From the NCBI GenBank assembly GCA_021613535.1, contig CP075492.1, positions 1,736,001 to 1,800,000 of the forward strand: a stretch of DNA of 64,000 nucleotides, given 5' to 3'. A program made the translations under genes and the position numbers. Positions 63,021 through 64,000 of this stretch are shown here, in pieces. The notes under the pieces were generated by a model. It saw only the letters and a program-made list of their open reading frames with translations. It ran no database searches and was not told the DNA's origin. Source of the DNA: Adineta vaga. Lineage: Eukaryota > Animalia > Rotifera. Every line of letters starts with the position of its first letter. Within the stretch, counting starts at the first letter, position 1.

Positions 63021-63101
63021 TGTGTGTGTGGATGGGTGTGGGTTAAAAGTATAGTCTGACCCACGCCCCACACCCACCCACACCCATACCCACACCCACA
63101 C
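63021..63101. repeat. Telomere-like cassette #17 (spacer class C variant)
   Basis: tgtgtgtgtggatgggtgtggg-ttaaaagtatagtctga-cccacgccccacacccacccacacccatacccacacccacac. Confidence 0.88.
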
Positions 63102-64000
63102 TGCTGATTACCAAGTTTACAGCAGCATTGTCCTCATTTTTGTGTTTCAAGTTTTGTTTCATCATTTTCCAGTGAATCTATGATTTTGTTTGAGTTGTAC
63201 ACGTTGAACATTCGATATCTAGAAACTAAATCGAACTTTATTCGAATCCGTATAAACATAATTTCCCTTTCTGAATAAGATATGAAGTATCTCATTTATT
63301 TGATACGATACTCTTTATATATATTAAGGGAAAAGTGAGGAGTATAGATGATGATTAGTCAAGTATGCAAGAAACATGTTTCTTTTCTTCTAAAAGGAAT
63401 GTAATTGTGTCAGACGGTTCACAATTCTGTCAATATAGATAAAAATCGACAAAAAAGATTAGAAATATGAATCACATTCAAATTGATAGATCATTATCGA
63501 AAATTTTTATTCACAATCTCAAAAGCAAAAAATTGAGAAAAAAAGTATATAGTATTAAAGTCAATATTATAATGACGTGTTTAAAAAAAATGAATATTTA
63601 TTCAAAATATTTCTATTAGTATGAACATAAATACCTTAAAATCATGATATTCTAAATCAATTATCATTCTCTGTAATATGATATTAGATTTCTGTTTTTA
63701 TTTTTATTAAATTCAATGAAAAAAGACATGTTCTATTTCTATAATCATGAATATATAGAATTAACAACAACTCTTTACTAATTTTATCAAATGAGATCGA
63801 GAAAATTCCAATAAAGATTTCAAAATAAAAACGATCGTAAATTTAATATTTCTCAGCTAACACATATGAAATTATCTAATTATAATTTGTTTCTATGGTT
63901 GATCATTCTGTTCATCAATGATGGATTTTCAAGTAATTATTCAAATATTTTTTCTGTTATTTAGATGAGATTTCAAATTTAATACTTCAGTTTTATAGTA

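Noticed and set aside
1010-63101. Cassettes as a CRISPR-like repeat-spacer array or as sequencing adapters
   Set aside because: They are dispersed, palindromic and diverged from one another; there are no cas genes and the context is eukaryotic. Adapters would be identical.
1-64000. tRNA/rRNA genes
   Set aside because: None recognised by eye; a covariance-model scan was not possible.

Overview
AT-rich eukaryotic (metazoan) DNA with short 45-60 nt spliceosomal introns. The gene content is most consistent with a bdelloid rotifer (inference): expanded F-box/LRR genes, orphan GPCRs, ART/PARP-like fragments, and bacterial/fungal-type genes (DUF2383, CocE/NonD, RTA1, IPNS-like oxygenase, YfaP domain). 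Apparently intact genes: an SDR, DUF2383, a ZZ-SAM-YfaP chimera, two adjacent secreted coiled-coil proteins, a CocE hydrolase, a cathepsin L with Cys->Ser at the catalytic site, a GPCR, RTA1, and two F-box genes; an RNF14-like RBR ligase carries one frameshift. They are mixed with many truncated gene fragments and nested DNA transposons (hAT, pogo-like, Helitron, HINE-like, MITEs). The most striking signal is a family of about 19 dispersed 30-90 bp head-to-head telomere-like cassettes: [ATCTTGAGGG](TGTGGG)n - short recurrent spacer - (CCCACA)n[CCCTCAAGAT]. In the copies checked they lack target-site duplications. Their outer ends start at variable points within one fixed string, and at least 8 sit at the breakpoints of truncated genes. 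They look like templated repair or fusion scars rather than ordinary MITEs.
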